DNA of 64,000 nucleotides from an uncultured Chloroflexia bacterium (GTDB lineage Bacteria > Chloroflexota > Dehalococcoidia > DSTF01 > JALHUB01): NCBI GenBank assembly GCA_963726245.1, contig CAVSBT010000017.1, positions 32,001-96,000 of the forward strand. The letters are read 5' to 3'. The translations under genes and the position numbers were made by a program. A model generated the notes under the pieces. It made no database searches, was not told the origin of the DNA, and worked only from the letters and a program-made list of their open reading frames with translations. Positions 49,072 to 60,191 of this stretch are shown here, piece by piece (the first letter of the stretch is position 1; the number at the start of each line of letters is the position of its first letter).

Positions 49072-49419
49072 CTACCAGCGGCTACGTGTCGGCGAATGCT
49101 TGGCGAAGCAGTCGCGACAGTAGACCGGGCGGTCACCCCGCGGCTGGAACGGGACCTCAGTCTGCTGTCCGCAGTCGGCGCAGACCGCCGGGTACATCTG
49201 GCGCTCGGACGAGCCGTAGCCGCCGCCGCCGCCCCGGTAGCCGCCGCCTCCCTCGCGCCCGCCGCCCTGGCGTCCGGCCTTGCGGGCCTGACGGCAGGTA
49301 GGACAGCGCTTGGGCTCGTTCTGGAACCCGCGCGATGAGTAGTATTCCTGGTCCTCAGCCGAAAACGTGAACTCGGCTCCACATTCGACGCAGGTAAGGG
49401 ACTTGTCGGTGTAAGCCAC
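49072..49419 (-). CDS. Zinc-ribbon / CxxC-x17-CxxC domain protein
   Basis: DKSLTCVECGAEFTF...EPKRCPTCR, Gly-rich linker, AVCADCG...VPFQPRGDRPVYCRDCF. Confidence 0.9.
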   Translation of the reverse strand: MAYTDKSLTCVECGAEFTFSAEDQEYYSSRGFQNEPKRCPTCRQARKAGRQGGGREGGGGYRGGGGGYGSSERQMYPAVCADCGQQTEVPFQPRGDRPVYCRDCFAKHSPTRSRW

Positions 49420-49616
49420 TCGACGACCTCCTTGAGAGTTATTGGATCCTTGTCGTCGAGTGCCAAGCGAAGTGGGCTTCGCACGGGACTGATGACGAGG
49501 AATCTCCGGCGCGTATTGTCACACAAGATCGCACAGAGCGCAAGATGATCCGGTAGGTTCGACGGCGACTCTCTGCAAGAACGACGGCTTTCCCTTACGG
49601 GAGGCTGGCGCCCGCG

Positions 49617-50111
49617 TCAGCCGCGCCCTTCCTGGTCTAAGCCGTAGGCGCCCCGGAAGAAGAGGAGAGGCCGGCCCTCCCGCAGGACCCCGGCGTCCTC
49701 CACAGCTCCCACGAAGATGGTGTGGTCGCCACCTGGGTAGGCGGCGACGACACGGCAGTCCACGTAGGCCAGGCAGTCGGCCAGAATGGGGGCGCTCGTG
49801 ACGCCACGGCGGTGCGAGAGGCCAGTCAGGTTGTGTTCAGCGTCCACGGCGGGGTCGGCAAAGAGGCGCGAGAGGTGCTCCTGCTCCTCGGAAAGCACGT
49901 TGAGGGCGAAGGCGCCGCTCTCGCTGAGGACGGGGTAGGTATGCGACCGCTTGTTGACGCAGACCAGCACGAGCAGGGGGTCCAGGGAGACAGAGCAGAC
50001 GGAGCTGGCAGTCATGCCGTGCAGCTCGTCGCCGAGGGCTGTCGTCAGGATCGTGACGCCGGTGGCGAAGTGTCCCATCACGCGCCGGAACTGGTACTGG
50101 TCTACTTTCAA
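49617..50111 (-). CDS. Flavin reductase family protein
   Basis: FRRVMGHFATGVT, SVSLDPLLVLVC, GGDHTIFVG, PLLFFRGAY. Confidence 0.92.
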   Translation of the reverse strand: MKVDQYQFRRVMGHFATGVTILTTALGDELHGMTASSVCSVSLDPLLVLVCVNKRSHTYPVLSESGAFALNVLSEEQEHLSRLFADPAVDAEHNLTGLSHRRGVTSAPILADCLAYVDCRVVAAYPGGDHTIFVGAVEDAGVLREGRPLLFFRGAYGLDQEGRG

Positions 50112-50299
50112 CCGATCACGACCCCTGAACTTCTCGTGCGAGGTGAACGACCGCCGGCTGTTTTGTATGGGTACATCTTAGACCAGATCGGCCTTTGCTC
50201 ACAGCGCCGGCAGCGTTCGACAGGGTCCAGATGCTTCCCCTATAATTTGAGGGAGGCCGACGCCCGTGGGCGCCGGCCTGGATCAACAGGAGAGCTGGG

Positions 50300-51601
50300 T
50301 TGACGAATCAAGGGAAGCGTGCCGGCGGCGCGGGACCGAACTGGGAGGCGGCCCTCCTCGAGCAGTCGCTGTCGCGGAGGGCGCAGGCCGCGGGTCCGGC
50401 CTACTGGGGCGCCGGCGCGGGCGCCGCGCCGCCTGTCCCGCCCATCGCTCTCACGGGCGGCGTGCCGGACCCGGCGTCGCTGCCTTTCGACGACCTGGCG
50501 GAGGCGGCGCGGGTCGTGCTGGAGAGGGAGGGCCGACCGGCCCTTGAGTATGGCGGCCCACAGGGCTTCCTGGGCCTGCGCGAGTGGCTGGCGGAGCGCG
50601 TCGGCCGCGCCGATGGCGTCTCGCTGGGTCCGGAGAACATCGCCATCACCAACGGCAGCGCCGGCGCCCTGGCCAACGCCTGCGAGACGTTCCTGGACCC
50701 CGGCGACGTCGTCGTGGCGGAAGCGCCCAGCTACCCGGGCGCAATGCGCGCCATTCGCGCCCAGGGCGCCCGCGTGGAGACCGTGCCGGTCGATGCGGAA
50801 GGCCTGCGGCCCGAAGCCCTCGCCGAGACGGTGGAGGGACTGTCCGGAAGAGGCGCCCGGCCGAAGCTCCTCTACACCATCCCCAACTTCCACAACCCCA
50901 CGGGCGCCACCCTCGGCCTCGAGCGGCGGCGCGCCGTGCTGGAGATAGCGCGTCGACACGGCATCCTCATCGTCGAGGACGATGCCTACGGCGAGATTCG
51001 CTTCGAGGGCGAGAGGGTGCCGTCGTTCTTCGCTCTCTCCGGCGGCGACGGCGTGCTAAGGGTCGGCACGTTCAGCAAGACCCTGGCCACGGGCCTCCGT
51101 GTGGGTTACGTGGCCGCTGCCCAGGAAGCCATCGACTTCCTGCTGCGCATGCGGTTCGACATGGGCACCAGCCCCTGGATACAGCGCCTGGTGGCCGAGT
51201 ACGTCTCACGCGGCCGCCTCGACCGCCACGTGTCGCAGGTGGTCGAGATCTACCGTCGCAAGCGCGACGCGATGGTGGCGGCCCTGGAGGCGTACTGCGC
51301 GCCGTACGTGCGGTGGCGAATCCCGGCGGGCGGCTTCTTCCTCTGGCTGGAGACGGATCGACGGGTGCAGCCGGAAGCGCTGCGCGAGGCAGCCGAGCAG
51401 GAGGGCGTGGCCTACGTCGCCGGCGTCGCCTTCTTTCTGGACGGCAGCGGGAGCCAGTTCATCCGACTCGCCTACAGCTACGTGGCCGAAGAGGAGATAG
51501 AGGAGGCCATCCGCCGCCTGGGCCGGGCCCTTGAGCGTGCCGTGACGGACGCCCCGGCGTCGTCCCGGCCAGGAGTGTCGAAGTCCGGCCCGACTAAGTA
51601 A
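50300..51601 (+). CDS. PLP-dependent aminotransferase class I/II (LysN/ARO8-like)
   Basis: YTIPNFHNPTG, IVEDDAY, GTFSKTLATGLRVG, GGFFLW. Confidence 0.9.
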   Translation: MTNQGKRAGGAGPNWEAALLEQSLSRRAQAAGPAYWGAGAGAAPPVPPIALTGGVPDPASLPFDDLAEAARVVLEREGRPALEYGGPQGFLGLREWLAERVGRADGVSLGPENIAITNGSAGALANACETFLDPGDVVVAEAPSYPGAMRAIRAQGARVETVPVDAEGLRPEALAETVEGLSGRGARPKLLYTIPNFHNPTGATLGLERRRAVLEIARRHGILIVEDDAYGEIRFEGERVPSFFALSGGDGVLRVGTFSKTLATGLRVGYVAAAQEAIDFLLRMRFDMGTSPWIQRLVAEYVSRGRLDRHVSQVVEIYRRKRDAMVAALEAYCAPYVRWRIPAGGFFLWLETDRRVQPEALREAAEQEGVAYVAGVAFFLDGSGSQFIRLAYSYVAEEEIEEAIRRLGRALERAVTDAPASSRPGVSKSGPTK

Positions 51602-51655
51602 CGCCGTACTTGGACTTCGCCTTATCATCCGTGCTCCGCGTAGAATAGGGGCGTC

Positions 51656-52637
51656 ATGCTGTTCAGGCGTCATGTCCGCGTTGCCGCCCTGCTGCTGGCC
51701 GCCGTGGCCGTGCTGGCGGCCGTTGCCTGCTCGTCGAGCAGCGAGGCGCCGGCCCCGCCGACGCCCCAGGCCAGCGTCGTTGCCCCTCAAGAAGGCCTGA
51801 CGCCCGTTCAGTCCGGCTTCGCCGACGCCAACGGCGCCCGCCTCTACTACGAGGTCTACGGCCAGGGCGAGCCCCTACTGCTCATCATGGGCCTGGGCGC
51901 CAACCACCTGGCCTGGTCGGCGCAGGTCCCCGTCTACGCCCGCGAGTTCAAAGTCATCGTCTTCGACAATCGAGGCACCGGGCAGAGCAACTTCCCCCAG
52001 GGCGTCGACTGCACTATCCCTCTGATGGCCGATGACGCCGCCGCCCTACTCGACTTCCTGGGCGTGGACTCGGCGCACGTCTACGGCGTCTCCATGGGAG
52101 GGATGATCGCCCAGGAGATGGCGCTGCGGCATCCTGAGAAGGTGCGTTCGCTCATCCTGGGCGCGACCTCGCCGGGCGGCCCGCACGCGGTTGCCCCCGA
52201 CGCGCAGGGGCTGCGAGCCCTTATCGAACAGGGGACCGTCGTCGATCAGTGCTGTCAGCCCGGCCCTGCTTGAGGTGCTGTTCTCGCCGGCCTACCTGGC
52301 TGCCCACGGGTCGGAGCTCATGCAGACGTTCCAGCGCATGGCCGACTACCCGACGACCTCGCAGGAGGCGTACGCAGCCCAGTTCGGGGCCTCCGCCGCC
52401 CACGACGCCTACGACCGCCTGCCGGACATCGCCGCGCCCACGCTGGTCCTTCACGGGACCGATGATCCGCTTCTGCCTGTCGGCAACGGTCGCATCCTGG
52501 CCGAACGCATCCCGGGCGCGAAGCTGGTTCTCTTCGAAGGCGCCCGGCACGGCTACTTCATAGAGAAGCAGGCCGAGGCCGACGCCGCCGTGCTGGACTT
52601 CTTGAGGGCACACTCTCGGAGCGACGCCGGTTACTGA
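51656..52637 (+). CDS. Alpha/beta hydrolase with lipoprotein signal (one indel)
   Basis: AVAC lipobox, FDNRGTGQS, GVSMGG nucleophile elbow, HGTDD, GARHG. Confidence 0.88.
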
Positions 52638-52790
52638 ACCGGTGCGCGCCGGGATGGTCGCACCTTGTTGAGCCGGAGTTGGGCGGGCGATTAGAATGGT
52701 TGCCGGCAGAGTCCGCCGCTCCAGATGTCCCGCAGGCTGACCGTCGTATCTGGCGGGAAGACCGGGGCACTCGCGCGGCGGCGATAGCAC

Positions 52791-52866
52791 GGGCCCTTAG
52801 CTCAGTTGGCAGAGCGCCGGACTTTTAATCCGGGTGTCCTGGGTTCGAGCCCCAGAGGGCCCACCA
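52791..52866 (+). tRNA. tRNA-Lys (anticodon UUU)
   Basis: GGGCCCT acceptor stem, CCGGA-CT TTT AA-TCCGG, GGTTCGAGCCC, encoded CCA. Confidence 0.97.
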
Positions 52867-52947
52867 AACCGCCTTTTTGAATCTGATTTCGGGGAAGGAG
52901 CGCTTCGTCGGCTGAAAGATAACGACGAAACATACAAAGGAGCTTCA

Positions 52948-54057
52948 ATGATCAAATCGAGACTGTGTGACCTGATCGGGATTAAGTATCCCATCATCCA
53001 GGCAGGGATGGGACCTTTCAGCAACAACAACCTGGGAGTTGCTTCGGCCAACGCCGGCGTCCTGGGGCTGCTTTCCACTAGCGGCGTCTTTGACAAGGAG
53101 ACCCAGCCCTGGATTTACAAAGCCTTTGTAGGCACTGCCGGTGCAGACTACGACGACGACATGCCCACCGTCATGGAAAAGGTGCTGAAACGGACCTACA
53201 ACCTGGTCAAGGACCAGGGCGGCGTTTTCGGCATCAACGTGATGGTCTCGGCGGAGGTCCTCAAATACTCGCACGTCATAATCGACACAGCCATAAGGGT
53301 GCGTGAGGAGAACCCGGACATCAAGAAGCATTTCAAGGTGATCTTCACGTCAGCCGGCGACCCCCTGGGCTGGGAGGACAAGATCAAGGGAGCAGGGTTC
53401 ACCTGGATGCACGTTGTCCCGTCCGTCAAGGCAGCTCTGCGCTGCAAGAAGGCGGGCGTAGACGTTATCGTAGCCTCCGGCCATGAAGGAGGTTTCCACA
53501 CTTCCTGGGAGCCAGTCCACTCTATGGTCCTGCTTCCGGCCGTGGTGGAAACGGTGTCCGACAAGGATACCCTGGTTGTCGGCGCCGGCGGGTTCTCCGA
53601 CGGCAAGACCCTCGCAGCTGCACTGGTCCTGGGCGCAGACGGCGCGCAGATGGGCACGCGGTTCCTGGCCACGCAGGAGAGCGACTTCCACCAGATCTGG
53701 AAGGAAGAAGTTGTGGCTGCTGGCGACAGGGCAACACTCATCGCGCGTGGCATTGTCGGCCCTGCCCGCTGGCTGAAGACGCCCCGCAGCGTTGAACATG
53801 CCGCCAACACCCTCAAGAAATCGCCGGGCGTCTTCCTCGGCACCCCTGATGACTACAGCACGATGGACATGTCCCTGATCCAATACGAGATTGAATCAAT
53901 CAAAGCTACCTTCGAAGGCGACAGGGAAAAGGCGATGATGGCCGCCGGCGAAGTGGCCCAGCGCATCAAGGACATGCCTAAAGTCAACGATATGGTGCAG
54001 GAGATCGTCAAGGAGGCCGAGACCATCCTGAGAAACGTTCCCAAGCTGCTGGCCTAG
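52948..54057 (+). CDS. Nitronate monooxygenase / FabK-like flavoenzyme
   Basis: IKYPIIQAGMG, ASGHEGGFH, VVGAGGFSDG, LGADGAQMGTRFLAT. Confidence 0.88.
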   Translation: MIKSRLCDLIGIKYPIIQAGMGPFSNNNLGVASANAGVLGLLSTSGVFDKETQPWIYKAFVGTAGADYDDDMPTVMEKVLKRTYNLVKDQGGVFGINVMVSAEVLKYSHVIIDTAIRVREENPDIKKHFKVIFTSAGDPLGWEDKIKGAGFTWMHVVPSVKAALRCKKAGVDVIVASGHEGGFHTSWEPVHSMVLLPAVVETVSDKDTLVVGAGGFSDGKTLAAALVLGADGAQMGTRFLATQESDFHQIWKEEVVAAGDRATLIARGIVGPARWLKTPRSVEHAANTLKKSPGVFLGTPDDYSTMDMSLIQYEIESIKATFEGDREKAMMAAGEVAQRIKDMPKVNDMVQEIVKEAETILRNVPKLLA

Positions 54058-54223
54058 CCTGTCAGGCAAGGTTGTCCTGATTGAAAGACAAGACCGCCAT
54101 CGTGAAGCGAGCGTGCGCTGACCGGGGCATCCCCCTCAGCCTCGGCCAGCCCCAATACGCATCCCGCTGCTGAGACGCCGTCCGCCTCTTGCGCCAACGA
54201 GGGGCAGCAGCGATAGTGCTCCC

Positions 54224-54574
54224 GTGGAGAACACACCGATAGGCCCTCGCCGGCCAAGGATTCATCTGGCGCCCACAACGAGGGCTGGACTCTGGGCGGC
54301 ACGGCTGTTGGTTCCGTTCCTAGCGGGCGTAGTTGTCTATATAAGCCTCGCCGCGGCTTATCAGATTATCACAGGAGACGAAGCCTTCGATAACCTGAGG
54401 GTGCCGTTAGTGGGTGTGTTGCTGACGACGGAAGTGGCAGGAGTACTCGCAGGACTAGCGGCGGCTTTCGCCGTCTTCCGTCGCGGCGAACGGTCGGTCC
54501 TAGCGTTTCTTGCGCTCATTGTCTTGGTCTTCACAGCTATCGTCTTTGTGAGTGACTTGGTCAGCCCCGAGTAG
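54224..54574 (+). CDS. Hypothetical membrane protein (about 3 TM)
   Basis: Hydrophobic segments and an RRGERS loop. Confidence 0.6.
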   Translation: MENTPIGPRRPRIHLAPTTRAGLWAARLLVPFLAGVVVYISLAAAYQIITGDEAFDNLRVPLVGVLLTTEVAGVLAGLAAAFAVFRRGERSVLAFLALIVLVFTAIVFVSDLVSPE

Positions 54575-54742
54575 GCCCGCCTCCTCGTTCCGATTGCCGA
54601 CCCTCCCTCCGCCGGCCGGCTGCCATTTCCCCAGCCCTCCGAACCTGCAACCGAGTGCCGTTGACATCACACGCCGGCAGCTTTAGGGTGACCTCGGTCA
54701 TTCTATTCAGTCCCCCTTGAGGCACAGCCCCGGGAGCGTTAC

Positions 54743-55681
54743 ATGAACTGGCGACTGATTGGCTGCAACGTGACACTTGCGCTTGGCATCATCCTGCTCG
54801 CTGCCTGCGGTGGAGAGAAGGAGCGCGAGAAGGCACCGACCACGGCCGGAGGCACCGATACCGTCGAACGGACTGCCAGTCCGGTGGCCGGGGAGGCTGA
54901 CACAGCACCGAGAGAGACCCCCAGCGCGGAGGCGGTGGCAGAGGAGACCGAGGAGCCAGGGCGGCGGGAAGAAACGGTTACTCCGGCGGGTGCCGAGATG
55001 GGCGACTTCAGCCGCATCATCTTACTGCACCACTCCGTTGGCGCCAACCTCATCGCACAAGGAGGCGTGCGCGAGCGCCTCACCGATCTGGGCTACGAGT
55101 TCTACGATCACGGCTACAACGATGATGGGCTGGTCCTGGCCGACGGCACCTCGACCGGCCGCAACTTCGATGTCCCCGACGACAACACCGACCCCGACGG
55201 GCTCGCCGCCATCTTTGCCCAGCCGCTGCACGACCCGCCGGACAACACCTTCAGCCACCTCATGCAGTACGACGTCATCGCTTTCAAGTCCTGCTTCCCA
55301 ACAAGCAACATCCAGAGCGACGAGCAGTTAGCGGACTACAGGTCCTACTACCTGTCGATCCGCGACCGGATGGACCAGTATCCCAACAAGATCTTCATTG
55401 TCGTCACCCAGCCGCCGGAGATACCGAACGATACCGACTCTGAGGCAGCGGCAAGGGCGCGCGCCTTCACCGACTGGCTGGCCTCGGACGAATACCTGAG
55501 CGGCCACCCGAACGTCTTCACTTTCAACTTCTTCGACCTGCTGGCCGACCCATCCGACAACATGCTGCGCGCCGAGTACCGGACCGATGATGCGCACCCC
55601 AACGAAGAGGCCAACCAGACCATCGCCCCTCTCTTCGCGGACTTCGTTGACCAGGCAGTGAGGACTTATGCTGCCCAATAA
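54743..55681 (+). CDS. Hypothetical lipoprotein, possibly SGNH-like fold
   Basis: LLAACGG lipobox; LHHSVG, FKSCF, terminal DAHPN (DxH). Confidence 0.65.
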   Translation: MNWRLIGCNVTLALGIILLAACGGEKEREKAPTTAGGTDTVERTASPVAGEADTAPRETPSAEAVAEETEEPGRREETVTPAGAEMGDFSRIILLHHSVGANLIAQGGVRERLTDLGYEFYDHGYNDDGLVLADGTSTGRNFDVPDDNTDPDGLAAIFAQPLHDPPDNTFSHLMQYDVIAFKSCFPTSNIQSDEQLADYRSYYLSIRDRMDQYPNKIFIVVTQPPEIPNDTDSEAAARARAFTDWLASDEYLSGHPNVFTFNFFDLLADPSDNMLRAEYRTDDAHPNEEANQTIAPLFADFVDQAVRTYAAQ

Positions 55682-55790
55682 CAAGAGGGCCCAGAGGGCC
55701 CGCCAGCGCCAGGGTGACGCGAGTGCTGCCAGCCAGGGCGGGCGAAATCTCTCACGGCCCCCCGGCGGACTCTTGTGTGTCCAACTGTAG

Positions 55791-56581
55791 CTACTCCCCC
55801 CGGAACACGGCGGGCCGCCGCTCTATAGAACGAACGTACACCTTCCTTCGCGTCCTCTGTGTCCATTACCGTTGCCCGGATCTCCGCGATGGCTGCGGCC
55901 GCCGCGGCCTCGCCGACTTCAATGAACCTTCGCGCCGCCATCTTTGTCACCTGGACGCCCAGGGGAGCATTCGCCGCGATCATGCCCGCCAGCTCCATAG
56001 CCCGCTCCACCTGCTGACCGACCGGCACGACCTCCTGGACCAGTCCCATACGGTATGCTTCCGCCGCCCCGAACTCGTCGGCAAGCATCAAGTGGTACAT
56101 CGTGTCGCCCCAGCCAGCTCGCATCAGCCAGCGGAAATGTCCGCCGCCGAACGGCGCGATCCCCCGCCTCGTTTCCATCTGGCAGAAACGCGCGTCCTCG
56201 GAGGCCACCACGATGTCGCCAGCAAGCATCAGCTCGACGCCGATGGTGAACACGATACCCTGCACGGCCGTCACGACCGGCTTGCGGCAGACCTTTCTCA
56301 CCTGGAGGGCGTCTACGTTGTCCGGAGGCTCCTCGTACGCAGTCGCACTTGGCCCGATGAACTTGGGCATGTCGAGGCCGGCGGTGAAATGCTTGCCTTC
56401 CGCGCATATCACTCCCGCCCAGAGTTGCGGGTCCCTGTCGAGAAGCGTCAGCGCCTCGGACAGGTCCAGTATCATCTGAGGCACGAACGCGTTCCGCTTC
56501 GACGGGTTGTCGATAGTGATCTTGAGCACGTGGCCAACCGTCTCATGACGAACCCGCCCCTCGGCATCAACTTGAGTCCAT
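55791..56581 (-). CDS. Crotonase/enoyl-CoA hydratase family protein (indels at both ends)
   Basis: IDNPSKRNAF, HFTAGLD, KPVVTAVQG, ELMLAGDIVVA, ANAPLGVQ. Confidence 0.88.
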
Positions 56582-56792
56582 CGATGTTCCCCCTTCCTTG
56601 CTCCTACTCCACGAGCCAACCACTCCACGCAGCAGGATACACGGGTCTTGCCGATAGATCGACGTGCCTAGGATGTCCCTTGTCGAACTGGCGAGATGTT
56701 GCGGGAGCAGCGCGAGAATGGGTAAACCAAATACGCGGCGGGCCCACTATCGCTGGCCGGCGTCTCGTCCGACCATGTACGTGGAGGGCGAC

Positions 56793-57092
56793 ATGAACCG
56801 GAGAGCAACACACCGCACCGCCGCTGCTGGGCCCATCGACCTGGCAAGAGCGCGAAGGCGTCGAGCCACCGAGACCGGCCTCGGCGAGGCGATGCCACGC
56901 TCGCTGGCGCGACTGGTCGACTCGGTCACGGCCCGCTGGCGCGGCCACGAGCCGGAGATCGCGATCCTGGCGGCGATAACGCTGATGCTGGCTGTCGCAG
57001 CCGTCTTCGCCGGCGCCGACCTACTCTTCACCTTCATGCTGGCAATGGTCGCGGCAATCACCATCTGGTCGCCCTGGCGGCAATCTGAGTAG
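56793..57092 (+). CDS. Hypothetical membrane protein
   Basis: GGAGG RBS; two C-terminal hydrophobic helices. Confidence 0.5.
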   Translation: MNRRATHRTAAAGPIDLARARRRRATETGLGEAMPRSLARLVDSVTARWRGHEPEIAILAAITLMLAVAAVFAGADLLFTFMLAMVAAITIWSPWRQSE

Positions 57093-57101
57093 GGGCCCTG
57101 C

Positions 57102-58912
57102 TCAGCGATAAGAGAAGACCTGCACCCCTGTCGCATCCGCTACCAGTAGCACCCGGCTGCCCGCGGCGGCGACCACGCTGCGCTCCACGCGACGCAGGTC
57201 ACTCGTCGACAGCTCGGGCACGCCGGCATCGGGGTCGAGCCGGCACAGCACCCGCGGCTTCTCGCCCAGCACCGCCTCGAGGCCGGCCAGGAACGGACCG
57301 CTGCCTTCCGGGGCCAGCACCGTCACCGACTTCCGCGGAGCCGACGGCCGGGCGGGAGACTCTTCCTCCGCCCTCCGGTCCTCGCGGAGTATGAACCAGT
57401 AGTAGGGAACGAAGAGCCCGGCCGCGACCAGGGCTCCCATGCTCCACTTGACCTCCGCGAGCAGCGTGAGAGACAGCGTGTCCTTCAGGAACGCGTCCAG
57501 GAGCTCGAACAGCAGGTAGCTGACGTTGCCGAGGAAGGCCAGCGTCCCCACGCCCACAGCGCCGAAGATCAGGATCCGCCGGAACGGGCTGGCCCGCTCT
57601 GCGGCGTCCCCAGCCGCCACGGCGCGCTGCATCGAGAACCAGTAGTAGGTCCAGACCGGCAGACCGAGAACCAGGAGGGTGAGGAAGAGGACGATGCGGT
57701 CTCGCCACCAGTCGGCTGCCCACCAGCATGTCCTGGGTACTGTCGACCGCAACGCCTATGGCTGTCGAGACCAGGACGGTCACGGAAGCTGCCAGCGCCC
57801 CCAGGCCCAGGGCGGCCATGATGTAGGCGTAGGTCTGTCTGGCCGCTCGGAGTTCCCCGACGGGAGATCGCTCCCGCTGGACGGTTTGCCAGTGGTAGAA
57901 CCACAGGCAGAGGCCGATGACAAGCGGCGCAAGCGCGCCGGGAAGGAAGCGGAAGTGGTCGGCGGCCGAAGGCTCGTCCGGGGTGCCGATGAACCACTGC
58001 AGGATCCCGAAGACGACGACCCCCGTGGCGCTGAGCGTCGTGAGCACACCTCCGAGGATGGCCAGCATGTACAGATAGAGCTGCCGGAGGTCGGAGCGCT
58101 TGTCGAGCCGGGCGGCGTACAGCCAGTGGTAGGCCCACAGGGCGGCCCCAACCAGGGCGACCGACAGGCTGTTCTTCATGGCGTCGCCCCAGAGTCCCTG
58201 TTCTCCCCGCAGGAGCGGCAGCGGGTACAACCCCTCGTAGCCCCCCTCAGGATGATGTAGATCGCGAAGCCTGCTCCCGCCGCCAGCATGATCAGGCTGT
58301 AGGCGGAGGTGATGTAGAGGTAGAGACGGCGGACGGTCCACGTTTCCTGCGTGGGCTGTCCCTCCTCGCTCTCGGCCGTCCAGTGGAAGACCCAAGCCGT
58401 GCTCCACACCACCAGCGCGGCCACGGCGTAGCCGCTGAAGGGCTGGGCCCCGAACAGCCAGCGGAGCAACTCCACCGAGGCTTGGGCCACGAGCGCCGCG
58501 GTCACCCCCAGGGTCAGGTAGACGTAGAGCTTTCGCAGGATCGAGCGGCGCTCCGCCGGCTCTTCCTCCAGGAAGCGCTGCACCCTCAGCCGGTGCCAGA
58601 CCCAGATGGGCGTCCAGATCACCGTCAGGGCGACGCCGACGGCCAGTTGCCCGGTCTGCTGTATCAGGACCGGCGGTCCGAACAGCTCATCGAGCATATA
58701 GCGGGCGACGAGAACGACGCCGGCGCCCGCCACCAGCATGTAGACGAAGGTGGCGCCGTAGAAGTACAGGCGCTTCGCCGTGCCGACGCCCCGGTCTACT
58801 TCGGTGGTCGTCTCGAAGGCCTCGCGGCGCCTCCAGGCCATGACCGTGGCTACGATGCCGCCAATGACCGCCAGCGGTATCAGCAGGAGAGCAGGTTATA
58901 GAAGATCCACAT
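57102..58912 (-). CDS. Multi-pass membrane protein with repeated DUF5671-like units (indels)
   Basis: Recurrent W..HW...RRLYLY/RKLYVY/RQLYLY units across ORFs 58176-58841, 57199-58407 and 57102-57752. Confidence 0.7.
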
Positions 58913-58962
58913 CGTACTTCCTCCTCATGTCCGGCAGCTTGACCGGCCGCTTTCCGCGGTCT

Positions 58963-59412
58963 CTAGTACGGTGGGCACCAACAGTCGGGCCCCGTCAGCC
59001 GCCACTGGTCCCCCTCGAGCTTGAGCTGAAAGGTCCGGTCGTAGGAGTACTCGGACGAGCCAAAGGGCGCGTCCCCGTGGTCCACGGTTACCGTGGCCCT
59101 GACGACCGCGCTGTCGTCGTAGCGCTCCGTCTTCTCCAGGGTCACCTGGCCTTCTTCGCTGTACGGCCAGTATTCCCTCCCCACGAAGCTGTCGAGAGAG
59201 CACCTGTTGTGCACGTCGCTGCCGAGATAGCTGTAGGCCTCCGGGTAGTCCTCCCTCTCCAGGGCCTGGAGGTAGCGCTGGACCGCGCCCTCGGGCGAAT
59301 CGGCAGGGAGTAGACGCGCGCCCCCACGGGTGTTGACCACCGCCATAGTGACGGCGGCCACCAGAAGGCCTACCAGGAGGGTCACCCCAACGATGAGCCA
59401 CTTCTTCGCCAT
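58963..59412 (-). CDS. Hypothetical membrane-anchored protein (NTF2/DUF4878-like)
   Basis: N-terminal TM; SPEGAVQRYLQALEREDYPEAYSYL...LKLEGDQWRL. Confidence 0.7.
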   Translation of the reverse strand: MAKKWLIVGVTLLVGLLVAAVTMAVVNTRGGARLLPADSPEGAVQRYLQALEREDYPEAYSYLGSDVHNRCSLDSFVGREYWPYSEEGQVTLEKTERYDDSAVVRATVTVDHGDAPFGSSEYSYDRTFQLKLEGDQWRLTGPDCWCPPY

Positions 59413-59596
59413 ATTGCTGTGCCTCCTTCCGGGTTGTTACACCGGCTCCAGCCTACGGCCCGCGGAAGCGGCTCCAAGGTTCACCGGCCCCAATTCCGAT
59501 GGGTACCTTTGTCAGCCATGGATTGGTGCGAGTGAACCATGGCGGCGCGCGGAGGGGCTGCTAGCCTTAGGGAGCAGACGGAAGAAGGAGGCAATC

Positions 59597-60115
59597 ATGG
59601 CCAGGAACAAGCGAACCTTCAGGGGCTGGTTCTCCTGGCTGAACGACTGGGCCTGGCCGTTCCTGTGGATCCTGCTGATTCCGGCGGTAACCGTACCGTT
59701 GCAGCAGGCTTTGCTGTGGCAGGAGGCTTTGCCAGGCGTTTTCGCGGGCACCAGCAACTGCCAGCGTTCAGGGGAATACTGGGAGGCGTGGGAGTGCCCC
59801 GTTGGAGACGTTTTGCCCACCCTCTTGCCGGGGCTCCTGAACCTGGTGCCGTTCCTCTGGCTGCTGTCGCCTGTGCGCCGCACCCGCTATGCCGCGGCCG
59901 TGGCGGGCACCCTAGGGGCAGTGCGTGTGGTAGTGCCGGCCATCATCTACGTCGCGTCTGGCACCACCGTCGTCGTTGACCCCTTCCTTCCGACGACCTA
60001 TGTGGACCTATCGTTCGAGGCGAGTTGGCTTCTATGGGGCCTGTCACTGGTGGCCACGCTGGTGTTCGCCCGGCTCGGCAGGGATAGCCAGCATGCATCT
60101 CGTCCGAAGGGATAG
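59597..60115 (+). CDS. Hypothetical membrane protein
   Basis: AAGGAGG RBS; about four hydrophobic segments. Confidence 0.6.
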   Translation: MARNKRTFRGWFSWLNDWAWPFLWILLIPAVTVPLQQALLWQEALPGVFAGTSNCQRSGEYWEAWECPVGDVLPTLLPGLLNLVPFLWLLSPVRRTRYAAAVAGTLGAVRVVVPAIIYVASGTTVVVDPFLPTTYVDLSFEASWLLWGLSLVATLVFARLGRDSQHASRPKG

Positions 60116-60191
60116 GCAGCGTGCGCGGTTCCCCCGCGCGACGAGGGTTTGACAATGTGTGCCGCGGCTCGTAGAGTGCTAGCGCTCAATC

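Larger units (their letters stand above)
52867..55705. mobile_element. Candidate tRNA-Lys-integrated islet (no integrase seen)
   Basis: 15/16 repeat of the tRNA 3' end (cccagagggccc[a/g]cca) at 52851-52866 and 55690-55705; visibly lower GC inside. Confidence 0.4.
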
